A stretch of DNA of 64,000 nucleotides from NCBI GenBank assembly GCA_041662785.1, contig JBAZRW010000003.1, positions 142,531 through 206,530 of the forward strand, read 5' to 3'. Shown piece after piece: positions 43,068 to 54,773 of this stretch (its first letter is position 1; each line of letters begins with the position of its first letter). The position numbers were made by a program, and so were the translations under genes. The notes beneath the pieces were generated by a model, which was not told the origin of the DNA, did not search any database, and was given only the letters and a program-made list of their open reading frames with translations. The DNA comes from Bdellovibrionales bacterium (lineage in GTDB: Bacteria > Pseudomonadota > Alphaproteobacteria > UBA9219).

Positions 43068-44117
43068 GTGCAACGGTTCTTAAGCTCTATCGCGCCCGTA
43101 AAGCAAGAGCGCATGAAACCATTAACTATAATGATATGTTTCCTTATTCCTATGGTGTTGTTAAAAGCAGTCAAAGATCAACACGAGGAGCATATTCATA
43201 TGGGTAAAAACAAGAAAGTCAGCCCGAAAGCGATTGCCAAGCTTAAAGAGCAAGGAGAAATTTTAGGCGCATTTGTCGACAACGCCCATGCTCTTTTAAG
43301 TAAAGTGGCGAAGACGAAGGATTTTGCCGCGCTTAAAAAAATTATCCCCATCCTAAGCCAAGCCATTAGGGCAAGCGGTCAAATGGGCGCGTTTAAAGAG
43401 CTCCCTTCTGCCCTAAACCAAAGGGGCTTCATCCATGAATCATTGGCTTTAGATAATGCGTACATCAGCACGCTCCCGCGTGACAGCGCCCTTTGGAGTG
43501 GGATTGTTTTGCGCTACGCGACGGGCGCTGTAAATCTACTGCCAAAGGGTGAAAGCCCTCTTCCTTATCTTTTTAGCATAGCCCCTTATCTTAGACGAAG
43601 TGCGTTGTTATCTCAAACAAAACCTCTCGTGGCTCAATGCTTTTTGCAGGCGGCGCGTCAGGCGACAGAAAATGGTCGCGTTTGTATGGAAGAAGTCGCG
43701 CATAGGTTATATAGGGGGGACACGAAGAGACAGAACAGAATGGCAAGAAGGTTGGCGTGCGACACGATCAAATTTGCCGCTGATAATTCTGTTGCCTATA
43801 AGGCTTATCATGTGTCCTTATCGTCTGTTGTGAACGAAAGAAAAAAACTACGTGATGCCATGAAAACAAAGGAGCAATTGGGCCTTGTTTGTTCTGGTCG
43901 CGAAAAACGCCGAGAGAATCTCTTGCTGGATATTCAGAAAAAAGCGGGCGAAGATTTGATGAGGCGCATGGCCAAGGATCCCGCCGTCCACACGGAACAT
44001 CACTCTGTCCTTATCGCTGATGATGTCTCACGCGACATTCCCATCTTGCGGAAACGATTCAATCAGATGATGAATAAAATACAGCAATATGATGTCCAAG
44101 ACTTAGACTGGGGTTAA
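43068..44117 (+). CDS. hypothetical protein (349 aa), lower-GC, next to the tRNA-Pro repeat
   Basis: Long ORF with a hydrophobic N-terminal segment and no recognisable domain. Start uncertain (alternative ATGs at 43113, 43200). Confidence 0.4.
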   Translation: MQRFLSSIAPVKQERMKPLTIMICFLIPMVLLKAVKDQHEEHIHMGKNKKVSPKAIAKLKEQGEILGAFVDNAHALLSKVAKTKDFAALKKIIPILSQAIRASGQMGAFKELPSALNQRGFIHESLALDNAYISTLPRDSALWSGIVLRYATGAVNLLPKGESPLPYLFSIAPYLRRSALLSQTKPLVAQCFLQAARQATENGRVCMEEVAHRLYRGDTKRQNRMARRLACDTIKFAADNSVAYKAYHVSLSSVVNERKKLRDAMKTKEQLGLVCSGREKRRENLLLDIQKKAGEDLMRRMAKDPAVHTEHHSVLIADDVSRDIPILRKRFNQMMNKIQQYDVQDLDWG

Positions 44118-44157
44118 ACCTACGGCAACGAACGTATAGCCTGCGTCAGATAAACTG

Positions 44158-44300
44158 AATAAAAAAAACGGGATCCCCGCTTTGCCCTTTCGCCCGCCGC
44201 AAGAGCGGCGGGACGAGGGCGCGGGGATGACGATAGAGGGTAAAACTTAAACAAAAACCCGTCATGCCCGTGAAAACGGGCATCCCGTTTGTTTTCTTTT
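44158..44300. repeat. MITE-like repeat, family A copy with nested insert in left arm
   Basis: AAAACGGGATCCCCGC[tttgccctttcgcccgccgcaagagcggcgggacgagggc]GCGGGGATGACG - atagagggtaaaacttaaacaaaaaccc - GTCATGCCCGTGAAAACGGGCATCCCGTTTGTTTTCT. Confidence 0.75.
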
Positions 44301-44397
44301 TACATGATCGCTTTATCGGAGTTAGGCTATAGGTTGACGGACTCTATAAAAACACACTCGGCTTGCGGCAGGTGATTTAACCAATTCGGATTTTGTT

Positions 44398-45417
44398 CTA
44401 AAACCCGCGTTGGATTGTAAAATCAACGACGTTCAGCAACGCCGCCTTTATCGCACCATCGGGGAAAAGCCCCAAGGAATCGTGGGCAATTGCGCCGTAA
44501 TGATTGGCGCGGTCCACGCTGTCCCGCAAAGTCCCATGGCGGCGCATGATGTCAAGAGCATGGTCAAAGTCGCCGTCTCGTTGGATTTGATCCCCCATCG
44601 TGCGTTTGAAGAAAGCGCGTTCAGCCTCGCTGCCGCGATGGATCGCTAGTATGACGGGCAGGGTGATCTTGCCCTCGCGGAAATCGTCGCCTAGGGTTTT
44701 GCCCAAATCCTCTTGCGCTGCATCGTAATCCAGCACGTCGTCAATAATCTGAAACGCAATGCCAAGGTTCAGGCCAAAGGTGCGCAAGGCTTCCTTTTCC
44801 GCTGCGGGCCTTGCCGCGATCACCGCGCCAATTCGGCAGGCGGAGGCGAACAACTCGGCGGTCTTGGCGCGCACGATTTCAAGATAGGCTTGCTCACTGG
44901 TCGCACTGTCGTTCTTGGCCGTAAGTTGAAGAACCTCGCCTTCCGCAATCACGGCTGTTGCCGAAGCCAGAATCCGCAGCACGTCAATTGAGCCGTCCTC
45001 AACCATCAATTGAAAGGCGCGACTGAACAGGAAGTCGCCGACCAGAATGCTGGGCTGGTTACCAAACAGAGCGTTGGCCGAGGGCAGGCCGCGTCGCAGA
45101 TCGCTGGCGTCCACAACATCATCATGCAGCAGCGTCGCGGTGTGAAGAAGCTCAACCGCTGCCGCCAGTTTACGCTGACGCTGGCCTTGATAGCCGCACA
45201 GCTTGGCCGCCGCGAGCGCCAGAACAGGCCTTAGCCGTTTTCCGCCCGCCGCAATGATATGGCTGGCCAGTTGGGGGATAAGGGGAACCTGACTTTCCAT
45301 GCGCTGCACGATAATCTGATTTGTCGCGGCCAAATCATCGGCAACCAGCGCCGTCAAATCGGCCAGCGCATCACGGCGCGGCTCGTGGGGCGTTTTAAGA
45401 GGAATAATGGTAGCCAT
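44398..45417 (-). CDS. ispB: polyprenyl (octaprenyl) diphosphate synthase
   Basis: Two Asp-rich motifs (LLHDDVVD and a second DD motif); trans-IPPS family length. Confidence 0.85.
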   Translation of the reverse strand: MATIIPLKTPHEPRRDALADLTALVADDLAATNQIIVQRMESQVPLIPQLASHIIAAGGKRLRPVLALAAAKLCGYQGQRQRKLAAAVELLHTATLLHDDVVDASDLRRGLPSANALFGNQPSILVGDFLFSRAFQLMVEDGSIDVLRILASATAVIAEGEVLQLTAKNDSATSEQAYLEIVRAKTAELFASACRIGAVIAARPAAEKEALRTFGLNLGIAFQIIDDVLDYDAAQEDLGKTLGDDFREGKITLPVILAIHRGSEAERAFFKRTMGDQIQRDGDFDHALDIMRRHGTLRDSVDRANHYGAIAHDSLGLFPDGAIKAALLNVVDFTIQRGF

Positions 45418-45477
45418 AAGGAACCCTGTTGTCGTAGCGTGGCCAAAGAAAAACGGTCAGGAAAAGACTATCAGCGA

Positions 45478-46248
45478 ATGATGGATACGACAACAGACAA
45501 GCTCCTTAACAGTCGCATAACGGTGCAGCAGCCTGCGAGCGGCTATCGCATTGCCGTGGATACACTGCTGCTCGCCAGCGCCGTTCCGGTGCAGGCAGGG
45601 CAGGGCGAGAAGGTGCTAGAGCTTGGCTGCGGTGTTGGCGGCGCTATGCTGGCTTTGGCGGCTAGGGTTGGCGATGTTTCCATTACGGGGCTGGAGCTGC
45701 AAGAGCCAATGGCCGCGTTGTGCGCCTCGAACATAGCGCTTAATGGCTTTGAAGATCGACTTAAGGTCGAGCACGGCGACGTTGCTGCGCCCGCGCATGA
45801 AGGCGCCGGACAATTTGATCACGTCATGATGAATCCGCCTTTTCACCACGGCAAGACCCACAGCGCCTCGGCCAATCCGTCCAAAAGGATGGCCAACACG
45901 GAAAGCGAGGAGGCGGATTTGTCTGTGTGGCTGATGCGTGCGGCGCAGGCCTTAAAGCAAGGCGGGTGCATGACCATGATCCACCGTGCCGACAGACAGG
46001 ACGAGATTATCATGCTGGCCAGCACGTCCTTTTCCACAATTATCATCAAGCCCATCTGGTCAAAAAAAGAGGGCGGAACGTGCAAACGCATCATCATCTG
46101 TGCTCTAAAAGGGGAGGGGAAGGACGGAACCTCCGTGACAATTGCGCAACCCTTCATCCTCTATGGCAACGACGGACTCTACACCTCTGATGCTAATGGG
46201 ATATTGCGCGAATCGGGTGGGATGCAGGTTAAGGCAGAAAATCGATGA
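45478..46248 (+). CDS. N6-adenine-specific methyltransferase (tRNA1Val m6A37 MTase YfiC/TrmN6-like)
   Basis: SAM motif LELGCGVGG and NPPF catalytic motif. Start trimmed from ORF 45259 to MMDTTT to avoid overlap with ispB. Confidence 0.65.
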   Translation: MMDTTTDKLLNSRITVQQPASGYRIAVDTLLLASAVPVQAGQGEKVLELGCGVGGAMLALAARVGDVSITGLELQEPMAALCASNIALNGFEDRLKVEHGDVAAPAHEGAGQFDHVMMNPPFHHGKTHSASANPSKRMANTESEEADLSVWLMRAAQALKQGGCMTMIHRADRQDEIIMLASTSFSTIIIKPIWSKKEGGTCKRIIICALKGEGKDGTSVTIAQPFILYGNDGLYTSDANGILRESGGMQVKAENR

Positions 46249-46318
46249 TTTAACGCTCTAGCCCGTGTATAAGCTCGTTGTACGTCGTTCTGGTTACCAA
46301 TATAGGATCTTACTCTCT

Positions 46319-47863
46319 ATGGACAAAATTCTTATTCTCGATTTCGGATCGCAAGTCACGCAGCTGATTGCGCGGCGCGTGCGCGAAGCGGGGGCGTACT
46401 GCGAGATTCACCCCTTTAACCGGACGGATGAGCAGATCAAGGCCTTTGCGCCCAAGGGGATTATCCTCTCCGGCTCGCCCGCCTCGACCACGGAAGACGG
46501 CAGCCCGCGCGCGCCTCAAGCCGTGTGGGATTTGGGCGTTCCCGTTCTGGCCATCTGCTATGGCCAGCAAACGCTTTGCATGCAGCTGGGCGGCCTTGTG
46601 GAAAGCGGCCATACCCGCGAGTTTGGCAAAGCGGAATTGCAAATCACCGAAAGCTGCGCGTTGTTTGAGGGGCTGTGGCCCACCGGCTCAACGCAGCAAG
46701 TCTGGATGAGCCACGGCGACCGCGTGACCAAGATCCCCGAAGGCTTCAAGGTTGTGGCAACCAGCACAGGCGCACCGTTCGCCTTCATTGCGAATGACGA
46801 GCGCAAGATTTACGCAACGCAATTCCATCCTGAAGTCGTTCATACGCTGGACGGTGCGAAGCTTTTGGGCACCTTTGTGCATAAAATATGTGGAATCGGT
46901 GCGGATTGGAGCATGAAGGCCTTTCGCGAGACGGAAATCGCCAAAATCCGCGCTCAAGTCGGCACTGGCAAGGTTATTTGCGGTCTTTCGGGCGGCGTGG
47001 ACAGCTCCGTCGCGGCGGTGTTGATTCACGAGGCGATTGGTGAGCAGCTGACCTGCATCTTTGTCGATACGGGCCTGATGCGCGAAGGCGAGGGCGAGGA
47101 AGTCGTCACGCTGTTCCGGAAACATTACAACATCCCGCTTGTCCATGTACAGGCACAGGATATGTTTTTAAAGGCTTTGGCGGGCGTCAGCGATCCGGAG
47201 ACCAAGCGCAAGACCATCGGCAAATTATTTATCGATGTGTTCGAGGCCGAGGCGCGCAAGATCGGCGGCGCAGGTTTCCTAGCACAGGGGACTTTGTATC
47301 CCGATGTGATCGAAAGCGTGTCCTTTACGGGCGGGCCGAGCGTCACGATCAAGTCGCATCACAATGTCGGCGGCCTGCCAGAGCGCATGAACATGAAGCT
47401 GGTTGAACCTTTGCGCGAACTCTTCAAGGATGAGGTGAGGAAACTTGGCAAAGAGCTTGGTTTACCTGAAACTTTTGTCTCTCGGCATCCTTTTCCGGGG
47501 CCGGGTCTCGCAATTCGTGTCTTAAGCGATATAACCGAGGAAAAACTGGCTATTTTGCGCAAAGCAGACGTGGTTTACCTCGATGAGATCCGAAAAGCGG
47601 GTCTTTATGACGAAATTTGGCAGGCTTTTGCCGTTTTGTTGCCCGTTCGCACCGTGGGCGTCATGGGTGATGGCCGTTCGTACGATTATGTGCTAGGTTT
47701 ACGCGCTGTCACGTCCGTTGACGGGATGACGGCAGAGTCCTACGCTTTCGATCATGCGTTTCTGGCCAAGGTGGCGACTCGTATCATCAATGAGGTGCGC
47801 GGCGTCAATCGCGTCGTCTATGACGTGACCAGCAAACCGCCCGGCACAATTGAATGGGAATAA
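46319..47863 (+). CDS. guaA: GMP synthase (glutamine-hydrolysing)
   Basis: Class-I GATase N-terminal domain ([20 protein letters not shown]) and ATP-PPase motif SGGVDSSV. Start trimmed to MDKIL. Confidence 0.95.
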   Translation: MDKILILDFGSQVTQLIARRVREAGAYCEIHPFNRTDEQIKAFAPKGIILSGSPASTTEDGSPRAPQAVWDLGVPVLAICYGQQTLCMQLGGLVESGHTREFGKAELQITESCALFEGLWPTGSTQQVWMSHGDRVTKIPEGFKVVATSTGAPFAFIANDERKIYATQFHPEVVHTLDGAKLLGTFVHKICGIGADWSMKAFRETEIAKIRAQVGTGKVICGLSGGVDSSVAAVLIHEAIGEQLTCIFVDTGLMREGEGEEVVTLFRKHYNIPLVHVQAQDMFLKALAGVSDPETKRKTIGKLFIDVFEAEARKIGGAGFLAQGTLYPDVIESVSFTGGPSVTIKSHHNVGGLPERMNMKLVEPLRELFKDEVRKLGKELGLPETFVSRHPFPGPGLAIRVLSDITEEKLAILRKADVVYLDEIRKAGLYDEIWQAFAVLLPVRTVGVMGDGRSYDYVLGLRAVTSVDGMTAESYAFDHAFLAKVATRIINEVRGVNRVVYDVTSKPPGTIEWE

Positions 47864-47864
47864 G

Positions 47865-48470
47865 ATGAAGCATTCAGGATTCAGGATTCGGCATTCAGGG
47901 AAAATCCTGCTTGTCCTGATAGCGTGTTTTCTTCCCCAAGCCGCTGCTCATGCCGCGAACCACTGCTATGCGCCGGAAGAGTTAAAGGCGGAGCAGCTCT
48001 TGCGCCTGCATTCCGAGCTTATGGTCATCACGGTAACGTGCAAACAGGGATCAACAGGCCGTGATTTGGTTCGACCTTATGTAGGTTTCACAAAACGTCA
48101 CACCAAGGCTATCCAAGAGGCGGAAGCGACCCTTATCAACTATTATGCGAAAGCCTTTGGGGGCGATGGAATCCCTAAGCTGGATAAGCTTCGCACCAAG
48201 CTGGCCAATGAGTTTGGGCAAACAATCGCTGACGAATCAGCTCCTGCCTTTTGCGCCCGCGCCCGCGACAAGGTGTTGAAAATGTATGACGACCTCTCGC
48301 CAACGATTCTTGAGGACAACATACGATTATATCGTAGCTCTTTGAGCTATGTGCCTCAGTGCGCCCATAATGAGATTCAGACCGCCTCTGCGGATACTGA
48401 AATCGGAGACGAATCCCCCAGAAAGAAAGAGAAACGGGCCGAAAAGGCCACGAACAAAGAAAACCGTTAA
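47865..48470 (+). CDS. hypothetical secreted protein with Lys-rich C-terminus
   Basis: Start 1 nt after the guaA stop. Signal peptide (ILLVLIACFLPQAAAHA), four Cys; no recognisable domain. Confidence 0.4.
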   Translation: MKHSGFRIRHSGKILLVLIACFLPQAAAHAANHCYAPEELKAEQLLRLHSELMVITVTCKQGSTGRDLVRPYVGFTKRHTKAIQEAEATLINYYAKAFGGDGIPKLDKLRTKLANEFGQTIADESAPAFCARARDKVLKMYDDLSPTILEDNIRLYRSSLSYVPQCAHNEIQTASADTEIGDESPRKKEKRAEKATNKENR

Positions 48471-48540
48471 TTCTTCTTGACCGATGGCTCGTAATCGGCC
48501 AAAAACCACACCAAATCATGTCGCATGAAGTGTGTAGGTT

Positions 48541-49425
48541 ATGCCCAGTTTAAAAGACCTCAAAAACCGTATCGCCAGCGTGAAGTCCACGCGCAAAATC
48601 ACGTCCGCTATGAAGATGGTGGCGGCCAGCAAGCTGCGCCGTGCTCAGGACCAAGCGGAATCGTCGCGGCCTTACGCCAAGTTTATTTTGCGCATGACGC
48701 AGGACTTGGCGCGGACGATTGAAATCAGCCCCGAATCGTCCCCTCTTTTGGTTGGACGTGAAAAACAACAAACCGTGTTGCTTGTCGTTCTCACTTCGGA
48801 TCGCGGCTTGTGCGGCGCTTTTAACGGCTCCATCATTCGCGAGGCGCGCCGCCGCATTGTGGCGCTAGAGAAAGAGGGCAAAACCGTTCGTTTGATTTGC
48901 GTCGGGCGTAGGGCTTACAACCTTTTGCACCGTGAGCATGAGGCCAAGATTTTGCACAAAGTCGAAAGCGCCGCGAAGAAGCAGATTGATCTTGCGGATG
49001 CCCAAGAATTAAGTGATCGCCTGATCGCGTTGTTTGAAGAGGGCGCGTTTGATGTCGCCCACATCATTTTCAACCGCTTTAAATCTGCTATCTCACAAAT
49101 TGTGTCGGTAGAACAGCTGATCCCGTTCGGCGTACCTGAGGCCAATGACAACGATGCCGAGGGTCGTTTAGCCTGCGAGATTTTTGAGCCAGAGCAGAAT
49201 ACCTTGATGGCCGCGCTCTTGCGCCGCAATCTGACCGCGCAGCTCTTCGCCGATTTGATGGAAAGCTCGGCGGGCGAGCAGGGCGCACGTATGACAGCCA
49301 TGGATAACGCGACCCGCAACGCGGGCGATATGATCGACCGCTTGACTCTCAACTATAACCGCTCACGCCAAGCCTATATCACCAAGGAGCTGATCGAAAT
49401 CATCTCTGGCGCGGAGGCTGTGTAA
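48541..49425 (+). CDS. atpG: F0F1 ATP synthase subunit gamma
   Basis: MPSLKDLKNRIASVKSTRKITSAMKMVAASKLRRAQ N-terminus; conserved C-terminal helix. Confidence 0.9.
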   Translation: MPSLKDLKNRIASVKSTRKITSAMKMVAASKLRRAQDQAESSRPYAKFILRMTQDLARTIEISPESSPLLVGREKQQTVLLVVLTSDRGLCGAFNGSIIREARRRIVALEKEGKTVRLICVGRRAYNLLHREHEAKILHKVESAAKKQIDLADAQELSDRLIALFEEGAFDVAHIIFNRFKSAISQIVSVEQLIPFGVPEANDNDAEGRLACEIFEPEQNTLMAALLRRNLTAQLFADLMESSAGEQGARMTAMDNATRNAGDMIDRLTLNYNRSRQAYITKELIEIISGAEAV

Positions 49426-49427
49426 GA

Positions 49428-49931
49428 ATGTTTACGTCAGCAAAACTGTCCCGTGACGAATTGATCGGTATGTATGAAATTGCCGAAGGTACTATTTGTG
49501 TTCATCTACAGGAGTTGGAACGGGCAGAAAAACAAGGTCTGATGTCTTTCCCAACAAACGCTGTCACGATTGATCAGACAGATTGTGACAAGGTGTTTGA
49601 GGCTGAATGCAGAGTGCAACGTGTCCTTACGCAGCATGCTACGGTTCTTGGAAGCTCATGTTTTGTCTTTAAAGACTTGCTGCTTGATGGAGGGAAACCA
49701 AGAGAACAACAGGATTTTCCGTTTAATGCTTATCAAAACACAGAGTGGTTGGGCGACTTGTTGTCCATAACACCGAAGGTAGAAGATTTGGCGGTTAGAT
49801 GGGGATTCCATAAAGAGTTGGCCGCCATCAAAGGGGCGCGGATAGGACTGGAAGAAATGTTGGATGCCTGCCGACCTTTGCAAGTTGAGGAGCGGGGTAT
49901 CCCAAAACTAGAAACGCTTAGAGCCGCTTAA
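49428..49931 (+). CDS. hypothetical protein (167 aa) inserted between atpG and atpD
   Basis: ATG 2 nt after the atpG stop; ends 41 nt before atpD; lower GC than flanks; no recognisable domain. Confidence 0.5.
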   Translation: MFTSAKLSRDELIGMYEIAEGTICVHLQELERAEKQGLMSFPTNAVTIDQTDCDKVFEAECRVQRVLTQHATVLGSSCFVFKDLLLDGGKPREQQDFPFNAYQNTEWLGDLLSITPKVEDLAVRWGFHKELAAIKGARIGLEEMLDACRPLQVEERGIPKLETLRAA

Positions 49932-49951
49932 TTTTTTTGAGAACACACTGA

Positions 49952-51406
<1,455 letters not shown>

Positions 51407-51420
51407 AGGCGGGTATCATC

Positions 51421-51810
51421 ATGGCTAACCAACTGCAATTCGAATTGGCCTCACCGCAAAAGCTGGCGTGCAGCAAGCCTGTCGTGATGGTGACGGTTCC
51501 GGGCGGCGAGGGCGACTTTGGCGTCATGCTTGGACATGCGCCTATGGCCACGACTGTGGCGATGGGCGTTGTTGAAGCCTATGAGCATGACCAAACGACT
51601 GTGACAGAGCGCTGGTTCGTTGCAGGCGGCTTTTGTGAGGTTGTGGGCGACCGCTGCACCGTGATGGCCGATCAAGTCATCGCGATAAAAGATTTGAAGA
51701 AAGATATTCTTGAAGAGGAAATCGCCAGCTTAGCCAAAGAAGCCGCCAACGATTCTGACGCGGCACAGAAAATGGCCATCGCTCAAGCGAAGTTGCAGGT
51801 GATTGGCTAG
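51421..51810 (+). CDS. atpC: F0F1 ATP synthase subunit epsilon
   Basis: 129 aa directly after atpD; beta-sandwich N-terminus and helical C-terminus typical of AtpC. Confidence 0.85.
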   Translation: MANQLQFELASPQKLACSKPVVMVTVPGGEGDFGVMLGHAPMATTVAMGVVEAYEHDQTTVTERWFVAGGFCEVVGDRCTVMADQVIAIKDLKKDILEEEIASLAKEAANDSDAAQKMAIAQAKLQVIG

Positions 51811-52132
51811 AGCCGAACCGTTTAGTTTCCTCATTTCCCCCACCGTCATCGCGAGGGGGCGTCTTGTCCGGCGTAGCTGCGAAGCAGCGAAGACGGAAGC
51901 CCCCGTGGCGATCCATCTCCTGAATTTAGCGAAGAGCAATTCTAGTGGAAGGTTGAGGAGATGGATTGCCGCGCTCCCGTTGGTCGCTCGCAATGACGTG
52001 GGATATCATGAGAACCATCCAGAATAGCTATAGTCCTTTTTTCTGGTCAATTAGCTCTGTTTTTTGCCCCCGAAAAGTCGGCCATCGACATGCTTTGTTA
52101 TCAAATACTTAGCGCAAAAACATTCGCCACGG

Positions 52133-52440
52133 TCGAGCAGAGCGTGGAATAGTGCCACTCAGTATCCTTCCGCTCAAAGTTAACGTCGTAAGTCTTTGAT
52201 ATACAACGAAACTGACTCGAATTTGGGTCTATGCTAACCAATTGATTCTAAAGGGCTTTGTCAACTTCGCCCGATTTTGGATTGCCAAAAGCAAAAAATC
52301 AGGAGTCAGGGGGTGAGGTTCAGAGTTGGTCTCTCCTCTTTCGTCATCCCCGACCCCTCTGCGCCCTTCGGGCTTCGCGGGGCAGGCAAAGCGACGCAGC
52401 AGCGGAGCGGAGATACAGGATACATCTTCTGAAATGACCA
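52133..52440. repeat. ~300-bp repeat, family C copy 2
   Basis: Matches 27236-27530 in several blocks; ends in a CGTCATCCC...GCAGGCAAAGC hairpin module. Confidence 0.7.
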
Positions 52441-52763
52441 AGAGCGACTCAGGTAGAAATTTCAGGTGATGGATCCCGCCTTCCGGCGGGATGACGGGAG
52501 GGGGGCTGGCATCCCTTTTTTTTGAATCATTTTATCTGACGTAGGTTATAATGGGTTACGCAAGAGGTCTATTTCACAAGATCGCTAATCTCTCTAAAAT
52601 TTTCAATTTTCAAATTGACTTCCATTTTCATTCATTCTATGCCACGGCAGCGTTGCACACCGCGTTCAAGGTGGGCCTCGTCGTGAATCCTTCTTAACGT
52701 ATGCAATGAAGGTATTCGCTTCGCAAAACCAACTTGCTCGTCTACATAACGATGGATCCTTTC

Positions 52764-54773
52764 ATGTCTTTGACAATGGCTCAGCTGGCGGTACTTTTAA
52801 CCCTCATGTCTTCGGTTGCGGCGCTCGTTTTCGCGAGACAGCCCCGTTTTATGATCAGCTTGTCGTTCTTCTTGCTTGGCCTATCCGGCCTTGTAGCCGT
52901 TGCAGCGGGCGGCATGGCCTTGCTAGGCAATCAGGTTGAGCAAACCATTCTCCCCATCGGCCTTCCTTGGCTGCATGTTTGCCTTCATATCGATGCTCTT
53001 GCGGCTTTCTTTCTCTTCATTGTCGGGTTCGTCACTTTCGTCGCATCCTGCTATGGACCATCCTATATAAGTCGTCACGCCGATGATGGCGTGCATGCTG
53101 TTGGCACGCTAACCTTTTTCACGGGTCTTTTTGTCGGCGGTATGTACCTTGTGCTTTTGGCGGCGGACGCTTTTTCCTTTATGATTGCTTGGGAATTGAT
53201 GTCGGTCGCAAGCTATTTTCTTGTGGCCTATCAGCATGACAGAGCGGAAAATCGCAGCGCCGCCTTTATCTATCTTCTTATGGCCGTTGTTGGTGGGGCG
53301 TTTATCCTTCTTTCCTATGGCGTCCTAGCTGGCTTTAGCGATGGGTTTAGCTTTGCTTCTATGGCAAAAGCGAACCTTACCCCCGCATGGGCCACCATCG
53401 CCTTTTCGCTCGCCTTTGTCGGGTTTGGGCTTAAAGCCGGTATCGTTCCGTTGCATGTTTGGTTGCCTCAGGCGCATCCTGTCGCACCTTCCCACATCTC
53501 AGCCTTGATGTCTGGCGTCATGCTTAAAGTCGCCGTCTATGGTTTTATCCGTTTTGTCTTTGACCTATTAGGGGGCATCCACTGGCAGTGGGGTGTTCTG
53601 GTTCTTCTGGTCGGCGCGATTTCGGCTCTTATGGGCGTTTTGTATGCCCTTATGCAGCACGATCTTAAACGCCTTCTCGCCTACCACAGCGTCGAAAACA
53701 TCGGGATCATCTATATCGGCCTTGGCCTCTCCATGATTTTCACGGCAACCAACCATAAGGAAGTTGCCGCTATTGCCTTGGTCGCCGCTCTTTATCACTG
53801 TCTCAATCACGCCTTGTTCAAGAGCTTGCTCTTTTTGGGGGCGGGCGCGGTTTTAGAACAAAGCGGCCAACACAATATGGAGCATATGGGCGGTCTCATC
53901 AAAAAGATGCCCGTCACAGCGGCTTGCTTTTTGGTCGGATGCGTCAGTATTTGCGCCCTTCCTCCCTTTAACGGCTTTGTCTCAGAATGGCTGATTTACC
54001 AAGCCGCTTTGCAAGGCACGGTTTTAAAGAGTGGCATTTTGGGAACGGCTCTTCCCATCACGTCCGCCATGCTGGCGTTGACAGGGGCTTTGGCTATTGC
54101 CTGCTTTGTCAAGGTCTACGGGGTCGTTTTCTTAGGGCTTCCCCGCACCGAGAAAATCCATGAAGCGCATGAAGTTCCTCGCGGCATGCAATTTTCCCAA
54201 ATCATCCTGTCCATCAGCTGCTTGGTTTTTGGTATCTTCCCAACATGGACAGCAAACGTCCTTAACGTCATCCCGCAAAAACTTCTGGGCACAGGGTTTG
54301 CGGGAGCCAATGGCGACAGCTGGTTGTGGTTGACCCCCATCAGCAAAGAGACAGCCTCGTATGGTGCGCTTCCTGTCCTGATCGGTCTTTTGATCAGCTG
54401 GGTCGTCGTTTACTTCTTCCTTCACCCGCCCACACGCGACAACAGCATCCGTATTGCTCCGGCATGGGATTGCGGGTTTGGGCCTTTGAACGCACGCATG
54501 CAATACACAGCCACGTCCTTTGCCATGCCCATTCGTCGGATTTTCTCCTTCGCTTGGCATGTTTCGGAGAAAGTCGAGCCCGCGCATATGGGCAAGGGGC
54601 CTCACTATTTCCTTCATGTTAGTGACTGGGTTTGGATGTACGCGTATGCGCCTATTGGCAAAATTATCCATAAGGTTGCCGAAAGAACGGCGCGCATTCA
54701 AGGGGGCGATCTTCGTATTTACCTCTGCTATTCCTTCTTTACCTTACTCTTTTTGCTCTGGGTGATCGTATGA
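52764..54773 (+). CDS. hyfB: hydrogenase-4 component B-like membrane subunit (HyfB/HycC, NuoL-type antiporter-like)
   Basis: Aligns along its length with E. coli HyfB (LPQAHPVAPSHISALMSGVMLKVAVYG...). Start uncertain (TTG 52734, ATG 52752/52764/52776). Confidence 0.85.
   Translation: MSLTMAQLAVLLTLMSSVAALVFARQPRFMISLSFFLLGLSGLVAVAAGGMALLGNQVEQTILPIGLPWLHVCLHIDALAAFFLFIVGFVTFVASCYGPSYISRHADDGVHAVGTLTFFTGLFVGGMYLVLLAADAFSFMIAWELMSVASYFLVAYQHDRAENRSAAFIYLLMAVVGGAFILLSYGVLAGFSDGFSFASMAKANLTPAWATIAFSLAFVGFGLKAGIVPLHVWLPQAHPVAPSHISALMSGVMLKVAVYGFIRFVFDLLGGIHWQWGVLVLLVGAISALMGVLYALMQHDLKRLLAYHSVENIGIIYIGLGLSMIFTATNHKEVAAIALVAALYHCLNHALFKSLLFLGAGAVLEQSGQHNMEHMGGLIKKMPVTAACFLVGCVSICALPPFNGFVSEWLIYQAALQGTVLKSGILGTALPITSAMLALTGALAIACFVKVYGVVFLGLPRTEKIHEAHEVPRGMQFSQIILSISCLVFGIFPTWTANVLNVIPQKLLGTGFAGANGDSWLWLTPISKETASYGALPVLIGLLISWVVVYFFLHPPTRDNSIRIAPAWDCGFGPLNARMQYTATSFAMPIRRIFSFAWHVSEKVEPAHMGKGPHYFLHVSDWVWMYAYAPIGKIIHKVAERTARIQGGDLRIYLCYSFFTLLFLLWVIV

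Noticed and set aside
45259-45477. N-terminal 73-codon extension of the methyltransferase ORF (45259-45477)
   Set aside because: It overlaps the divergently oriented ispB 5' end, and its translation is low-complexity with no similarity. The conserved methyltransferase sequence begins at MMDTTT (45478).
52706-52939. ORF 52706-52939 (+) overlapping the hyfB start
   Set aside because: It is in a different frame from the HyfB-homologous translation and is AT-poor with no similarity. The hyfB frame aligns with E. coli HyfB from about residue 10.
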